Shown here one piece after another: positions 38,536 to 49,768 of a stretch of DNA of 64,000 bases. The stretch is from Octopus bimaculoides (taxonomy: Eukaryota), in contig NC_068985.1 of NCBI RefSeq assembly GCF_001194135.2, positions 104,770,529 to 104,834,528 on the forward strand. The letters are read 5' to 3'. The position numbers were made by a program, and so were the translations under genes. Position 1 is the stretch's first letter. Each line of letters starts with the position of its first letter. The notes under the pieces were generated by a model, which was not told the origin of the DNA, ran no database searches, and saw only the letters and a program-made list of their open reading frames with translations.

Positions 38536-39228
38536 CAGGGTGTGGTAAATAAACTGTCATGTAAATTATGTGAAAATAAAAATAACACGGACATCTCATT
38601 TGAATAGATATATTTACCAAAATTACATAAAAATATCTTGAAATACTAAACAGTAAATTTAATTTATTCAATACAATCACCATTGGTTTCAACCATGGCC
38701 TCCAGACGACTTCAAAATTCCTTACATCTCTTCTGGACTGTCTCCTTACTTAAGTTGGTGAATGCTGCCATAAACCTTACCTTCAGTTCATCTTTGGTGT
38801 TACAAGGAGTTTTGTTGGTCTCTTGCACATTTGCACCCCACACATAATAATCAAGGCATTTGATGTAGGCCTCCACGTTGCGTTTGGCAGCTTAACATCA
38901 CCATCACTAGTCATCACTCCAAACACCATGATGTTGACTGAATGTTTGATTTTTATCACTCTCAGCATGTCCTCAGATTGGACTGTCCTGAGATCGAAAC
39001 CCAAACACTCTGAAATGATTGTATTGGAGCTTCCAGCACAAATGCCAAGTAGTACAGCATGTCGTTTCCAAATTTCTGGCAAAGTGAATTACGTCAAGAT
39101 GCTGTTTTTCCTACAGATGGTGCCCACCTGGCCCTACCATACTGTGTAGTTAACAAAATCAAAAATAAACAATGCACATGTGCAAAATTAGAAATATAAA
39201 ATGGTGACAATTTACCCATCGCACCCTG
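38536..39228 (-). mobile_element. Internally deleted Tc1/IS630-like element
   Basis: Imperfect TIRs CAGGGTGTGGTAAATAAACTGTCA ... TGACAATTTACCCATCGCACCCTG, followed by TA on the right. Minus ORF joins an HTH start (MPEIWKRHAVLLGI..GSSNT.ISECLG) directly to KH.VNIMVFGV.TSDGDV of a DDE transposase. Confidence 0.8.
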
Positions 39229-41076
39229 TATATATATGTGCAACTGGCTTCTTTCAGTTTCCATCTACTAAATCCACTCACAAGGTTTTGGTTTGCCCAA
39301 GGCTCTATTGAAGACACTTGCCTAAGGTTCCACACAATATATACATTGGTTGACAGAAACTGAAAGGAACCTGTCATGTGTGTGTGTGTGTGTGTGTGTT
39401 TATGTAAGTGTGTTTGTGTTTCTGTGTGCCTGTATATATGTATATATATATATATATAATTTATACGTGTTGTGTGTGTGTGTGAATATATACACCCGTT
39501 ATAAGTTATATAAGTTATATATAAGTTATTTTCAATATGAATGTCAAAACCAGCATCATTTGCACAAAACAATTTATAAATCACAATTTTGAATGTCTTA
39601 GAATTATTGTAGAATCTTCTCAGCTCAAAGAAGTTTTCTGTTTTCTAAACCTCAGATGAGTACTAATATCATAATTAAGAAGCATAATTAAGAAGCATGG
39701 CAAAGTACACAAAAGACAGACACAAAACTGGCATTTCAGCCTGTTTAAATCCATTACGTTTAACAATTTCTTCAGAATTTTGTTCCTTGGAGATGACCCA
39801 AGCCCTCATATGATGATATCCAAAGATTCTGGCTGACAATCCAGTTTCTACAATTTTTCTCTGCAAATGATGTCAAAGGTCTTTGTTATGTAAACAAGGA
39901 TTTGATACAGAGGTACCAGCTGCTCAGTACTTTTTCTTGAAGTGAACTCACAGGGGTCATGTTCTTAGTACTTCTTTCTGAACAAAAACCAGATTTTGCT
40001 TCAGTTGAAGCTGATGTCACTCATTAATTAAATTCACCAGTTGTCAAGGTAAAACTTTGCCAATGGCCTCCAAGAGAGATTGCAATGAGAATTATCACAT
40101 TCAGATTTATACTAGACATAAATCCTATCAATCCATCCTAGTGACATAGGAGTTTCTTCCCGTTGGTTTGTTATCAAATTAAGTACGACAGATGAAGTCT
40201 TTTTGCTCTCATTTGAAAGGATGTTCTGTAGGCCACATAATTTGTTGATGTGTTGCCAATGGAAACCTTATCCATCATCATTATCGTTTAACGTCCGTTT
40301 TCCATGCTGGCATGGGTTGGACGGTTTGATTGGGGACTATCAAGCCAGTAGGCTGCACCAGGCTCCAATCTGAGCTGGCAAGGTTTCTACAGCTCGATGC
40401 CCTTTCTAACGCCAACCACTCCGAGAGTGTAGTGAGTGCTTTTTATGTGTCGCTGGCACTGGAGCCAGACAGGCGGCACTGGCATCGACCACGTTCGGAT
40501 CCCAGTATATAAATTTTGGTTTAGGTAGTTATTTACTGTGAGAAGCTGTGTAATGGCGAATCAAGAAGTATAGTTGATATGTTATTGATCTGCATTATTT
40601 TTTCTGAATAAAAATTTATGAACGGATGATTGGTGTCTGATCTTCACAGAACCATTACAAATAGTTAACATCTATTACAAATAGTGAAACATATGGGAAT
40701 TAGCAACCTGTAATTTAGTAATTTCCCCAAGGTGACCAGCTGCCAGAATCGTTAAAGCGTAAGTAGGTGAAATTCCTGGTAGTATTTCTTCCAGCTCGTT
40801 AAATTCTGGGTTCAAATCCGGCCGAGGTCAATTTTGCCTTTAACTTTACCGGGGTCGATGAAACAAAGAACCAGTTTAATACTAGCGACAATGTTATCGA
40901 TTAATCTGTAGCCCTTGAGCTTAAATTAAAAACAGTTGTGTTATTCCCCAGTTTTATACTATGTTCAAAATAAAACCTTAAATTTCGAGAAAAATTTCAA
41001 TAATCAGAAGTAAAATCAGATTGTAAGGGTAGATAACTCTAGGTGCTAGAGGTCACGTTTCTACAAGAAAGGAAAT

Positions 41077-41118
41077 ATGTCGGCAACTAATTTATCTGAT
41101 GAAACTCAACAACGTAAT
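41077..41118 (+). CDS. TIMM10B: TIMM10B (Tim9b/FXC1 small Tim chaperone) exon 1
   Basis: ATG TCG...CGT AAT|gtgagt, MSATNLSDETQQRN, phase 0; sits in a CpG-retaining region and joins exon 2 to give QQRN-VKDFL (family pattern LRNLRDFL). Confidence 0.8.
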
Positions 41119-41851
41119 GTGAGTTCGTATGCATTAATTATTAACATATCAATTTGTTTTCGGTATCCAAAAGAAAAGTTCTCATTACAATTATCTTAGA
41201 CTATCGATTGCTTGTATTTTATAGCCTTATGTTTGTCGAAAGTCTCCGAATATTTCCAGCCGGTCGTGCGCAAACACTATTCTTAAAATGTTACTTAAGA
41301 GATTTTGGTTGAAAAAAAAAGAGAATCGTTGAGGAAAACAATTATTATTAGCATAAAATATCCATATTGTAGATTATTCATTTCTCGATGAACACTAATT
41401 TAACCTGACTATATTCAATTTGTAAATGAATTCAGATTAAAATTCAATTTTTTCATTAAGTATACTTAAAATTGATAGACATCAGCTAATTATTTGTATT
41501 ACATGCGTAATAAAAGGTCAAACAAAACCAGCGGGTTCACAGACCCTTGTTTTAATAATTTGATCGTTCCAGTATTTAATGGAAACAAAAACAATGTATG
41601 TATGTAGGGTAAGGTAGTCTTGGATATTTATATCCGTTTACGTTAAAGTCGATTTCGCCCCTAGGGATGATAAAATAAGACCAATCAAGTTCTTTTCAAA
41701 AACAATATAGAAACGAATAGCAAGAAATATTTTATTTGCAATTTTGCATTAGTAGGATATAATATAAGTTGTTTGCTTTTTTTATTTTTTGTTCCTTTGT
41801 CTTGGTTCTTGCTTAAGTAGTATACATTCTCTCATTCATATTGCTCCAAGT

Positions 41852-42239
41852 GTGGAGGTGCAATGGCCCAGTGGTTAGGGCAGCGGACTCGCGGTCATAA
41901 GATCGCGGTTTGAATTCCCAGACCCGGCGTTGTGAGTGTTTATTGAGCGAAAACACCTAAAGCTCCACGAGGCTCCGGCAGGGGATGGTGACGAACCCTG
42001 CTGTACTCTTTCACCACAACTTTCTCTCACTCTTACTTCCTGTTTCTGTTGTGCCTGTACTTCAAAGGGTCAGCCTTGTCACATAGTGTCATGCTGAATA
42101 TCCCCGAGAACTATGTTAAGAGTACACGTGTCTGTGGAGTGCTCAGCCACTTGCACGTTAATTTCACGAGCAGGCTGTTCCGTTGATCGGATCAACTGGA
42201 ACCCTCGACGTCGTAAGCGACGGAGTGCCAACAACTAAA
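41852..42239 (+). mobile_element. tRNA-derived SINE, family B, in TIMM10B intron 1
   Basis: Near-identical to the 11284 copy; 12-bp TSD ATTGCTCCAAGT at 41840-41851 and 42240-42251. Confidence 0.95.
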
Positions 42240-42472
42240 ATTGCTCCAAGTAAATATAAATACAAGTCTAATCCACTATACATTCAATTCAATACTGTAC
42301 CATTGCTGTCATCCGGTGTTCTTGTGTCTGTCAAACCCATCTATGCAATAGATTGAATTATTCACTATTAACACTTTATTGTTACTGAAGTTTTAAAAAA
42401 TAATTATTGCTTAAACTTTCCCGTGTATTTATTCATTATGTATTTTTCTATATTATTTTATATATTTTAAAG

Positions 42473-42547
42473 GTAAAGGATTTCTTGTTACTGTATAACA
42501 AACTCACTGAGCAATGTTTTCAGAATTGTGTATCAATATTTTTTGAG
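42473..42547 (+). CDS. TIMM10B: TIMM10B exon 2 (3' end lost in assembly gap)
   Basis: ttttaaag|GTA AAG GAT..., VKDFLLLYNKLTEQCFQNCVSIFFE then Ns from 42548; first CX3C motif (CFQNC). Confidence 0.9.
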
Positions 42548-42804
42548 NNNNNNNNNNNNNNNNNNNNNNNNNNNNNNNNNNNNNNNNNNNNNNNNNNNNN
42601 NNNNNNNNNNNNNNNNNNNNNNNNNNNNNNNNNNNNNNNNNNNNNNNNNNNNNNNNNNNNNNNNNNNNNNNNNNNNNNTTTTTTTTTTTTTTTTTTTTAC
42701 TTTGCATGGAGAAATTTGAAGTGGAATTGATAAAATCAATTTTGTTACTTCATATACAATTTCAACCCACCTATTTAGCCTTCATTTTTTCATGTGGGTA
42801 TAAA

Positions 42805-43136
42805 TAAGGCACAGGAGTGGCTGTGTGGTAAGTAGCTTACCTACCAACCACATCGTTCAGGGTTCAGTCCCACTGTATGGCACCTTGGGCAAGTGTCTTC
42901 TACTATAGCCTTGAGCTGACCAAAGCCTTTGTGTGGATTTGGTAGACAGAAACTGAAAGAAGCCTGTCGTATATATATATATGTGTGTGTGTGTGCTTGT
43001 GTGTCTCTGTTTGTCCCCCCACCATTGCTTGACAACTGATGCTGGTGTGTTTACATCCTCGTAACTTAGCAGTTTGACAAAAGAGTCTGATAGAATAAGT
43101 ACTAGGCTTACAAAGAATAAGTCATGGGGTCCATTT
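42805..43136 (+). mobile_element. SINE family A, 3'-truncated, in TIMM10B intron 2
   Basis: aggagtggctgtgtggtaagtagc...caaagaataagtcatggggtccattt, then cut by the GGATCT-TIR element. Confidence 0.88.
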
Positions 43137-43137
43137 G

Positions 43138-43770
43138 GGATCTATTTTAAAACGGGGGCCACATTTTTCATTAATGTTTTACGTAGTGTTTTTGGTACGG
43201 AAAGACTTTCAAACTTCGTATACTTATCTATTTTGTGTTATAGAACAGAAAAATATTTTTGTATTCGAATTTATTTCATGTAAAAAATTGTCTTATTTCG
43301 ATAATTTCAACCAATCACTGACAAGTATTCAGTTGTTTATATTTACTCCTTTGGCTGATTAAGCGATGTAAAGCGTATTTAATCTCCATACCTCCGTTTT
43401 ATTTGCTTTTTTCATTNNNNNNNNNNNNNNNNNNNNNNNNNNNNNNNNNNNNNNNNNNNNNNNNNNNNNNNNNNNNNNNNNNNNNNNNNNNNNNNNNNNN
43501 NNNNNNNNNNNNNNNNNNNNNNNNNNNNNNNNNNNNNNNNNNNNNNNNNNNNNNNNNNNNNNNNACTTAATGTATATCGGCTGAATGGACGTCAGTGATT
43601 GGTTGAAATTACAGAAATACGACAATTTTAACATGGAATAACTTATGGATTTCTTTTTTTTTTAAGAAGACTAAGAGAAAAAGATGTTTTATATGACACA
43701 TTCTACCAGTGTTCCAAGTTTCAAAGTGTTTCATTAATGAAAAATGTGGCCCCCGTTTTAAAAAAGATCC
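43138..43770. mobile_element. Unclassified TIR element (GGATCT...AGATCC), contains an N-gap
   Basis: About 40-bp TIRs ggatctattttaaaacgggggccacatttttcattaatg / cattaatgaaaaatgtggcccccgttttaaaaaagatcc; no TSD seen. Confidence 0.8.
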
Positions 43771-44576
43771 CTGGCAGAGTTTCTACAGCTGGATGCCCTT
43801 CCTAACGCCAACCACTCCGAGAGTGTAGTGGGTGCTTTTACGTGCCACCAGCACAAGGGCCAGTCACACAGTACTGGCAACAGCCACGCTCAAAATGGTG
43901 TTTTTTACGTGCCACCTACACAAAGGCCAGTCCAGCGGCACTGGCAACAACCTCGCTCGAATGATTTCCTAACGTGCTTAAGTTATCATAAATTCTATTG
44001 TGGAATCTTTAACGACAAAGATCTGTCAATGAAAACTTTATGTTGCTCATCTGTTTTCTTCAATAAACTATAGGATGTCAGAATTGATAGAATCATTATA
44101 GTCATTTGTATATCAGCAGTTATGTTTCACCAAAAGCAATGCATTTGCAGTTTCAAATCCTGGATATTCCATCTTACTTGGTGTTAATTCCCATTACCAC
44201 TTTCCTAGCTTTAAACTCTACTCCATTCTAATATTTACTTTTGCTGAAATTGCTGTATGTTGAGTTATTTGATTAGTTTATGTTTAAGCCTGATTAATCA
44301 TTTACAGTTTTTGCTAAAGCGTATCATTCATGTGCAAAATTTAAAGTCATAATAACTGATACCACATCACAGATTCTGTTATAAATTCTTGAACACAATA
44401 GTTTACTTAAATGAGAACACATACGAAAATTAGAGATTTGGATTGGCTGCAATGTTGACTAGAAATACAGTTTAGCAATTCAAAGCTAAGCCTTGCAACT
44501 ATGAACAGAAAAAGAGCTAGTGGCCTCCCTTTCCTAATTATTTATTGTATCAGCAACCATAAAACACATTCTAGAT

Positions 44577-44858
44577 CAGTGGTTCCCAAAGTGGGCGGTA
44601 TTGCCCCTCTGTGGGGGATGGAAGTTCCAGGGAGGTGTTGAAGAAAAGTGGGGCGATAATGGGGTAGCAATTCATGTACAAATTGGGGTGACGATTCATG
44701 TAAAAACAACAAAATAGTGGGTTCATTAAGTTAAGTTTTATTTGTGAAATACAGTTGCTTTGAATTTGCTTCAGAAAGAGGTCTGTTTCGATGGTTAGTT
44801 GGGGTGAGGCCTGGGTGTCAAGGGGGTGGCAACTCAAAAAAAAATTGGGGAACCACTG
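44577..44858. mobile_element. hAT (Charlie-like) MITE, 282 bp, in TIMM10B intron 2
   Basis: TIRs CAGTGGTTCCCAA ... TTGGGGAACCACTG; perfect 8-bp TSD TTCTAGAT at 44569-44576 and 44859-44866. Confidence 0.93.
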
Positions 44859-44957
44859 TTCTAGATATTTAAAGAGTTCTGTAAAATACTTCAAAATGTT
44901 AACTGAATAGTTTTGTCAGCTGTGAGTAAATTTTTATATACTTCTAATTTTTTGTAG

Positions 44958-45128
44958 GCCAGCTGTTTAGAAGCCTGCACTGACCGCTATGTTGCATTTA
45001 ACCAACGCTTAATGAAGGTCTTTATGGAGCATCAGAAATCCAGACAAGAACAGAATGGTGGAGCGCTCTCTCCTATCACAGCAGGAATAAATCCAAACCC
45101 ATCACAGAACCAACCTACTGAATCTTGA
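44958..45128 (+). CDS. TIMM10B: TIMM10B exon 3
   Basis: ttttttgtag|GCC AGC TGT...TCT TGA, ASCLEACTDRYVAFNQRLMKVFMEHQKSRQEQNGG...TES*; second CX3C (CLEAC). N.RLM..F plus a C-terminal extension favours TIMM10B over TIMM9/TIMM10. Confidence 0.88.
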   Translation, partial: ASCLEACTDRYVAFNQRLMKVFMEHQKSRQEQNGGALSPITAGINPNPSQNQPTES

Positions 45129-45475
45129 CATGCCTGAACCATGAAATGCATGTGTATAAATTTTTTTCTTATTAGTATAAATTCTTGTTTGTTCCAAGTA
45201 GTGTCTTGTTTTATTACCTTATCTAAAATTTCTTCAGAAATATCTTCCATGTTTTGGAAAAGAATTTGGAATCTGGCAATGATCAAGATAAAGGTTGCAC
45301 ATTCTAATGAAAAACAAAAAAGGAAGGAAATCAAAGAAGTCACATGATGTAGTTCTTCGGGTTTTTAACTCAGATAGAGGAGACATCAATCCGTATTAAT
45401 TACTTTTAGCAACACCATTTGGAAAAGAAGAGCAAAACAAATTGAGCTGAAATATATATATATATGTGGGTATAG

Positions 45476-45857
45476 AAGTAAATGTAGGGATAAGCAAATT
45501 AGGCAGATCAGTATATAAAGTATATTAAATACATGAAATACAAAATAGGTATATATGTATACATATAAAAAGGTCCAACTTACACAGAGTACAAATGATA
45601 TAGAGAAATAAAGGGATGGAAGAAAAGTATTACAAATCCAACAGCTGTTTCTGGGGGCTTGGTGGTCCAGTTGTTGGATTTGTAATACTTTTCCTCCGCC
45701 CCTTTAATTCTCTATATCGTTTGTACTCTGTGTAAGTTCGACCTTTTTATATGTATACTGACATACATTTTTTGTATTTCATGTATTTATACTTTATATA
45801 TTGATATAAATATACTTAATATATTGATGTCTAATTTGCTTATCCCTACATTTACTT
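45476..45857. repeat. Long foldback (palindromic) element downstream of TIMM10B
   Basis: Core arms 45557-45647 and 45668-45758 are reverse complements with about 7 mismatches in 91 nt and a 20-nt loop. Pairing extends with indels to 45476/45857. Flanked by (AT)n on both sides. Confidence 0.9.
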
Positions 45858-46329
45858 ATATATATATATATATATATTTTGGGGTCGGTTGCTGGTGTGG
45901 TTGTGTGGTTAAGAAATTTAGTTCCCAGCTACCTGACTTTGGGTTCAGTCACTTTGGGCATGTGTCTTCTATAGCCCCAGGCCAACCAAAGCATTATGAG
46001 TGGATTTGGTAGATGGAAACTACAGAAAGCCTGTTATGTGTGGATCTATAAATGTGTTTGTTTGTGTCTCCATATCTTGACATTGCATGATAATTGTATC
46101 ATTGATATTCATTTCCAGTATTCTGCAAGAACGTGTCTACCACGTGCAAACAAGACCATAATAGGGCCAAAACATGTCCAGTGGTCCCCGGAAATGAAGA
46201 TGTTGATTAATAGGGCTGGTTTTTATTTTGTATTTTTTCTCTCACTGCACAATAATTTTTGTGTATCTCTTAATTCTCGTTGGATCAAAAGTTATAAAGG
46301 CAGTGATTAAAGATTAGTTGATCAAGACT

Positions 46330-47112
46330 GGAAAAGGCAAACAGAACAAAAATGAAATTCAAAGAGAACAGGTTGAACAAATTGGAGAGAAAACTTAGCA
46401 TGTAAAATTTTGGGAAGCCACTGAGGATGTATGTCAATAAGATCTTGGGCTTGATTGAAAAAGGGACAATTGAAAAAAGAAACAGAGAGTCTTATTATAG
46501 CAGCTCAAGATCAGGCACTGCAGACTAAAAATTTGATTTAAAAAAATATGGGGAGAAGATGTCAACAAAATGTAGAGCATGTGGAATTTTAGATGAAATG
46601 ATGGCACATGCTGTTACAGAATGCCCTGAGTTCGCCCAGGAAGAATTTTAGAAATGGAGCATGTTCTTTTACACTGGAAGCATTGTCAAAAATAGGGATT
46701 TAAAGCAGGAAGTACATGGTACAATCATTGGATAGACCAAGTACTTAAATTGAAAACATGTAAGATTTTGTGGGATTTTTCTATCGAAATGGATAAAGCC
46801 AGGTATTGCAGTTAAAGACAAAGTCAAATTTGTATATTGATTGATCCATTGTATCTATTAAATATTTAATATTATGAAGAAAGCTGATCAAAATTTGAAA
46901 AACTTCAACCAGTTGAAATTTGAGATTGTGAGAGTTTGGAACATGGAATCTGTAACAATTGTACCTGTATTTAGTGTAATTAGTGTATTTGGAACTGAGT
47001 GATAACAAAGACAAATGGATAAAGATCATAATGGTGTGTCTTGTAGAGCTTCTACAAAAGATTTGCCAATTAAGAACAGATAAGATCATCAGATGGGTTT
47101 TGAGCACTTGAT
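46330..47112 (+). mobile_element. Decayed R4/Dong-like (restriction-like endonuclease) non-LTR retrotransposon 3' fragment
   Basis: Broken frames give KKETESLIIAAQDQALQT, KCRAC...H.V.ECP (CCHC), W..H, KILWDF, and FEIVRVW...VPV...G....ELLQK typical of the R4 RLE region. Confidence 0.75.
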
Positions 47113-48923
47113 GACTTAAAATCAAGTGGATATCTTTAAGTTTACAGGAGTAACACACCACCCACAAAATCTACCAGGAATAAGATCAATCCTCGGTAAT
47201 GATAGCAAGTTCTTTCTAACTTTGGCACAAGGCCAGCAACCCCCAAAGGGACAAGTTGGTTACATAAAACCTAGTATTTGGCTGGTACTTTATTTTGTGT
47301 CTCCAACAGTATTTGAACTAAAAATGCAAAGAGCTTGAAAAAATGTTGCTAAACAGTTTGTTCTTTGCACTAACAATTCTGACAGGTCACCACCTTTCAA
47401 TGGTCTCAAATTTTGGCACAAAGCCAGCAGTTGGGGGGGGGGGGTGAATCAATTATGTCAACTCTAGTGTTTAACTGATACTTATCTTATCAAAGCAAAC
47501 TTCTCAATAAATATGCACAGAACTTGGAATTTACAATTGAAGCAGTATTAAACTAAAATAGCCAGCTATGTATCACATTTAATGTATACATGTTGACAGG
47601 CTGCAGTTTTCTTTGAAGATAAAACCTCTTATGGACGTAGTGTTTTCATTACACAGTGTACACTGGAAGGAGGTAAAAAGTCATACCAGCAGCAGCTAGC
47701 AAATATGCCAGATGCATTTCAGTGTTGTTGAGCTTTGTCAATGATGTGTACTTGCAACCAGCCATATGACTAGACAAGATTTGTTGCCTTGGTTTTCTTA
47801 CAAGCCACTGCTACTACAATTCTCCCCCACCACTACGGTATTTGTTTTCTTAAACATAGTATGTCTATAACAGATTTCAATAATATGAACATCATTCACT
47901 ACTATCAAAGCAACAAATGTTGTTATACAGGTAAAACCAGTACGGTAAATGTTGATATGACTGTATAGTTAAGAGATTCGCTTTAGAATCACTGCCTAGA
48001 TACTGTTGGCTGATGTCTTCTATAGCCAAGACTTGACCCAATCCTTTTCTGAGTGAAATAATTTGCTAAACAAAAACTGTAAGAAGTATATTATGTAATT
48101 GTGTGTCTTTTCTTTGCCTTGACATTCAAACTTTAATTGTAAACAAAATAACTTTCTAACAAATGACATCAGTTGTTCTACACTTCTCTATGAAAGCATG
48201 TCTAGCCCCTGAGTTGTTTGTTATTCAAAAGACCAGGGGAATATTATCTTATTTGGAAACAGGCAAGTCTTGGGGATAAGAAGAGCATCTGGCTGTAGAG
48301 ATTAATTTCTCAATGGTTGCCCAATTCCCCAAAAAGATAATGTAACTGATTTTTCATCACATTTGTGTGATATAAATAAAATAATCTTTATTTATGACTT
48401 CACATAGTGATATTATATAGTCGAGTCTACAATCAATGTGCAATAACAATCTCACCAGTTTGCCTCGTATAACATTTGTTCAGAGACATACACTACAAAA
48501 ATGTATAAATAAAACAATATTTAGAATATTTGCTGTGAACACATCTGGTCACAACTGAAAAACATCTTGTGAACCAACTACTCCAAAATCTATTTGTAAA
48601 GCTAAAACAATTAAATAGTTAATAAAATTTATTTATTAAATTTTTTTTTAAAGAATATTCTTTTTCTATTTTATCCCCAAAAATTTAATGATTTTTTTCA
48701 CTTTTAAATTTTTATTGAATACTTTTTTCTTTTTCTTCTTTTTCATTTAAAAAATTATCTGGCAACAAATCATTACTTTTGAAATTCAAATAAATAGCTA
48801 AATTCAGAGATAAGGCTTTATATAAATCACAGTATACGAAATTGAATATATGTGGAGTTAATGAATAGAGAAAAAAAAACTGTATTTTTAATATTCTTCG
48901 AGATAAATTTTGAGAATAAAATC

Positions 48924-48929
48924 TTTATT
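48924..48929 (-). terminator. Probable EMC7 polyadenylation signal (AATAAA on minus strand)
   Basis: tttatt on the plus strand about 50 nt past the EMC7 stop; use of this site is inferred. Confidence 0.5.
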
Positions 48930-48980
48930 ATTGTTTCTTAAGCTTTTTAATGTCTAATCAATGCTCTTAACTTGTAACTC

Positions 48981-49235
48981 TCATCTTTTCTTAGAAGATG
49001 ATTTGGATTTTATAGGTTTCTTGCCATCTGAAAATAAAGATGTAAAAAACTCAGACATGTCTGGTAAACTCTGTTTAGCATTAAGAGCATTCATTTGAGT
49101 TTGGACCTCTCTTTGAGTATCAGGATCTGCGGCATTCATCATCTTTGGTAGCACCATAATAATAAGTAATGGCAAAACCATAGTCAGAACCATTGGGTTA
49201 AACAGGAAGTCTGTCATACGCCATTGCTCTCGCAT
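48981..49235 (-). CDS. EMC7: EMC7 exon 3 (transmembrane helix and basic tail)
   Basis: ttttgtcag|ATG CGA...AGA TGA; [48 protein letters not shown]...[13 protein letters not shown]...KSSSKKR*. Spliced product is 55+98+84 = 237 aa. Confidence 0.96.
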   Translation of the reverse strand: MREQWRMTDFLFNPMVLTMVLPLLIIMVLPKMMNAADPDTQREVQTQMNALNAKQSLPDMSEFFTSLFSDGKKPIKSKSSSKKR

Positions 49236-49356
49236 CTGACAAAAAGAAGAAAAAAAGAATAATGATTAAAAAAGAATAATGATTAAGACAAGATAAAGAA
49301 AATATAATTGCAATTTCTTTTGATATGACCAATTTTGTTATAGAAAAAGATATATA

Positions 49357-49570
49357 CTCTCTCTCTTTTACTTTTTTACTTGTTTCAGTCATTTGATTGT
49401 GGCCATGCTGGAGCACCGCCTTTAGTCGAGCAAATCAACCCCAGGACTTATTCTTTGTAAGCCTAGTACTTATTCTATCGGTCTCTTTGGCCGAACCGCT
49501 AAGTTACGGGGACATAAGCACACCAGCCTCGGTTGTCAAGCAATGCTAGGGGTACAAACACAGACACACA

Positions 49571-49607
<37 letters not shown>

Positions 49608-49768
49608 GACGGGCTTCTTTCAGTTTCCGTCTACCAAATCCACTCACAAGGCTTTGGTTGGCCCGAGGTTATAGTAGAAGGCACTTGCCCAAGATGCCAC
49701 GCAATGGGACTGAACCTGGAACCATGTGGTTGGTAAGCAAGCTACTTACCACACAGCCACTCCTTCAC
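49357..49768 (-). mobile_element. SINE family A, intact, in EMC7 intron 2
   Basis: tRNA-like head (reverse complement ggagtggctgtgtggtaagtagcttgc...ggttcagtccca), central (AT)n, (CTTTT)-like tail. Related copies or fragments at about 6520-6815(+), 18280-18365(-), 28190-28340(-), 36940-37100(+), 39235-39380, 45890-46060(+), 51080-51230(+), 51415-51580(-), 52480-52620(-), 53020-53170(+), 57830-57990(-). Confidence 0.92.

Noticed and set aside
45640-45675. Hammerhead ribozyme at the foldback centre (cagctgtttc) or at other CTGATGA sites (3988, 6469, 17337, 21745)
   Set aside because: No site has CTGANGA plus a paired stem II plus GAAA in the required arrangement.
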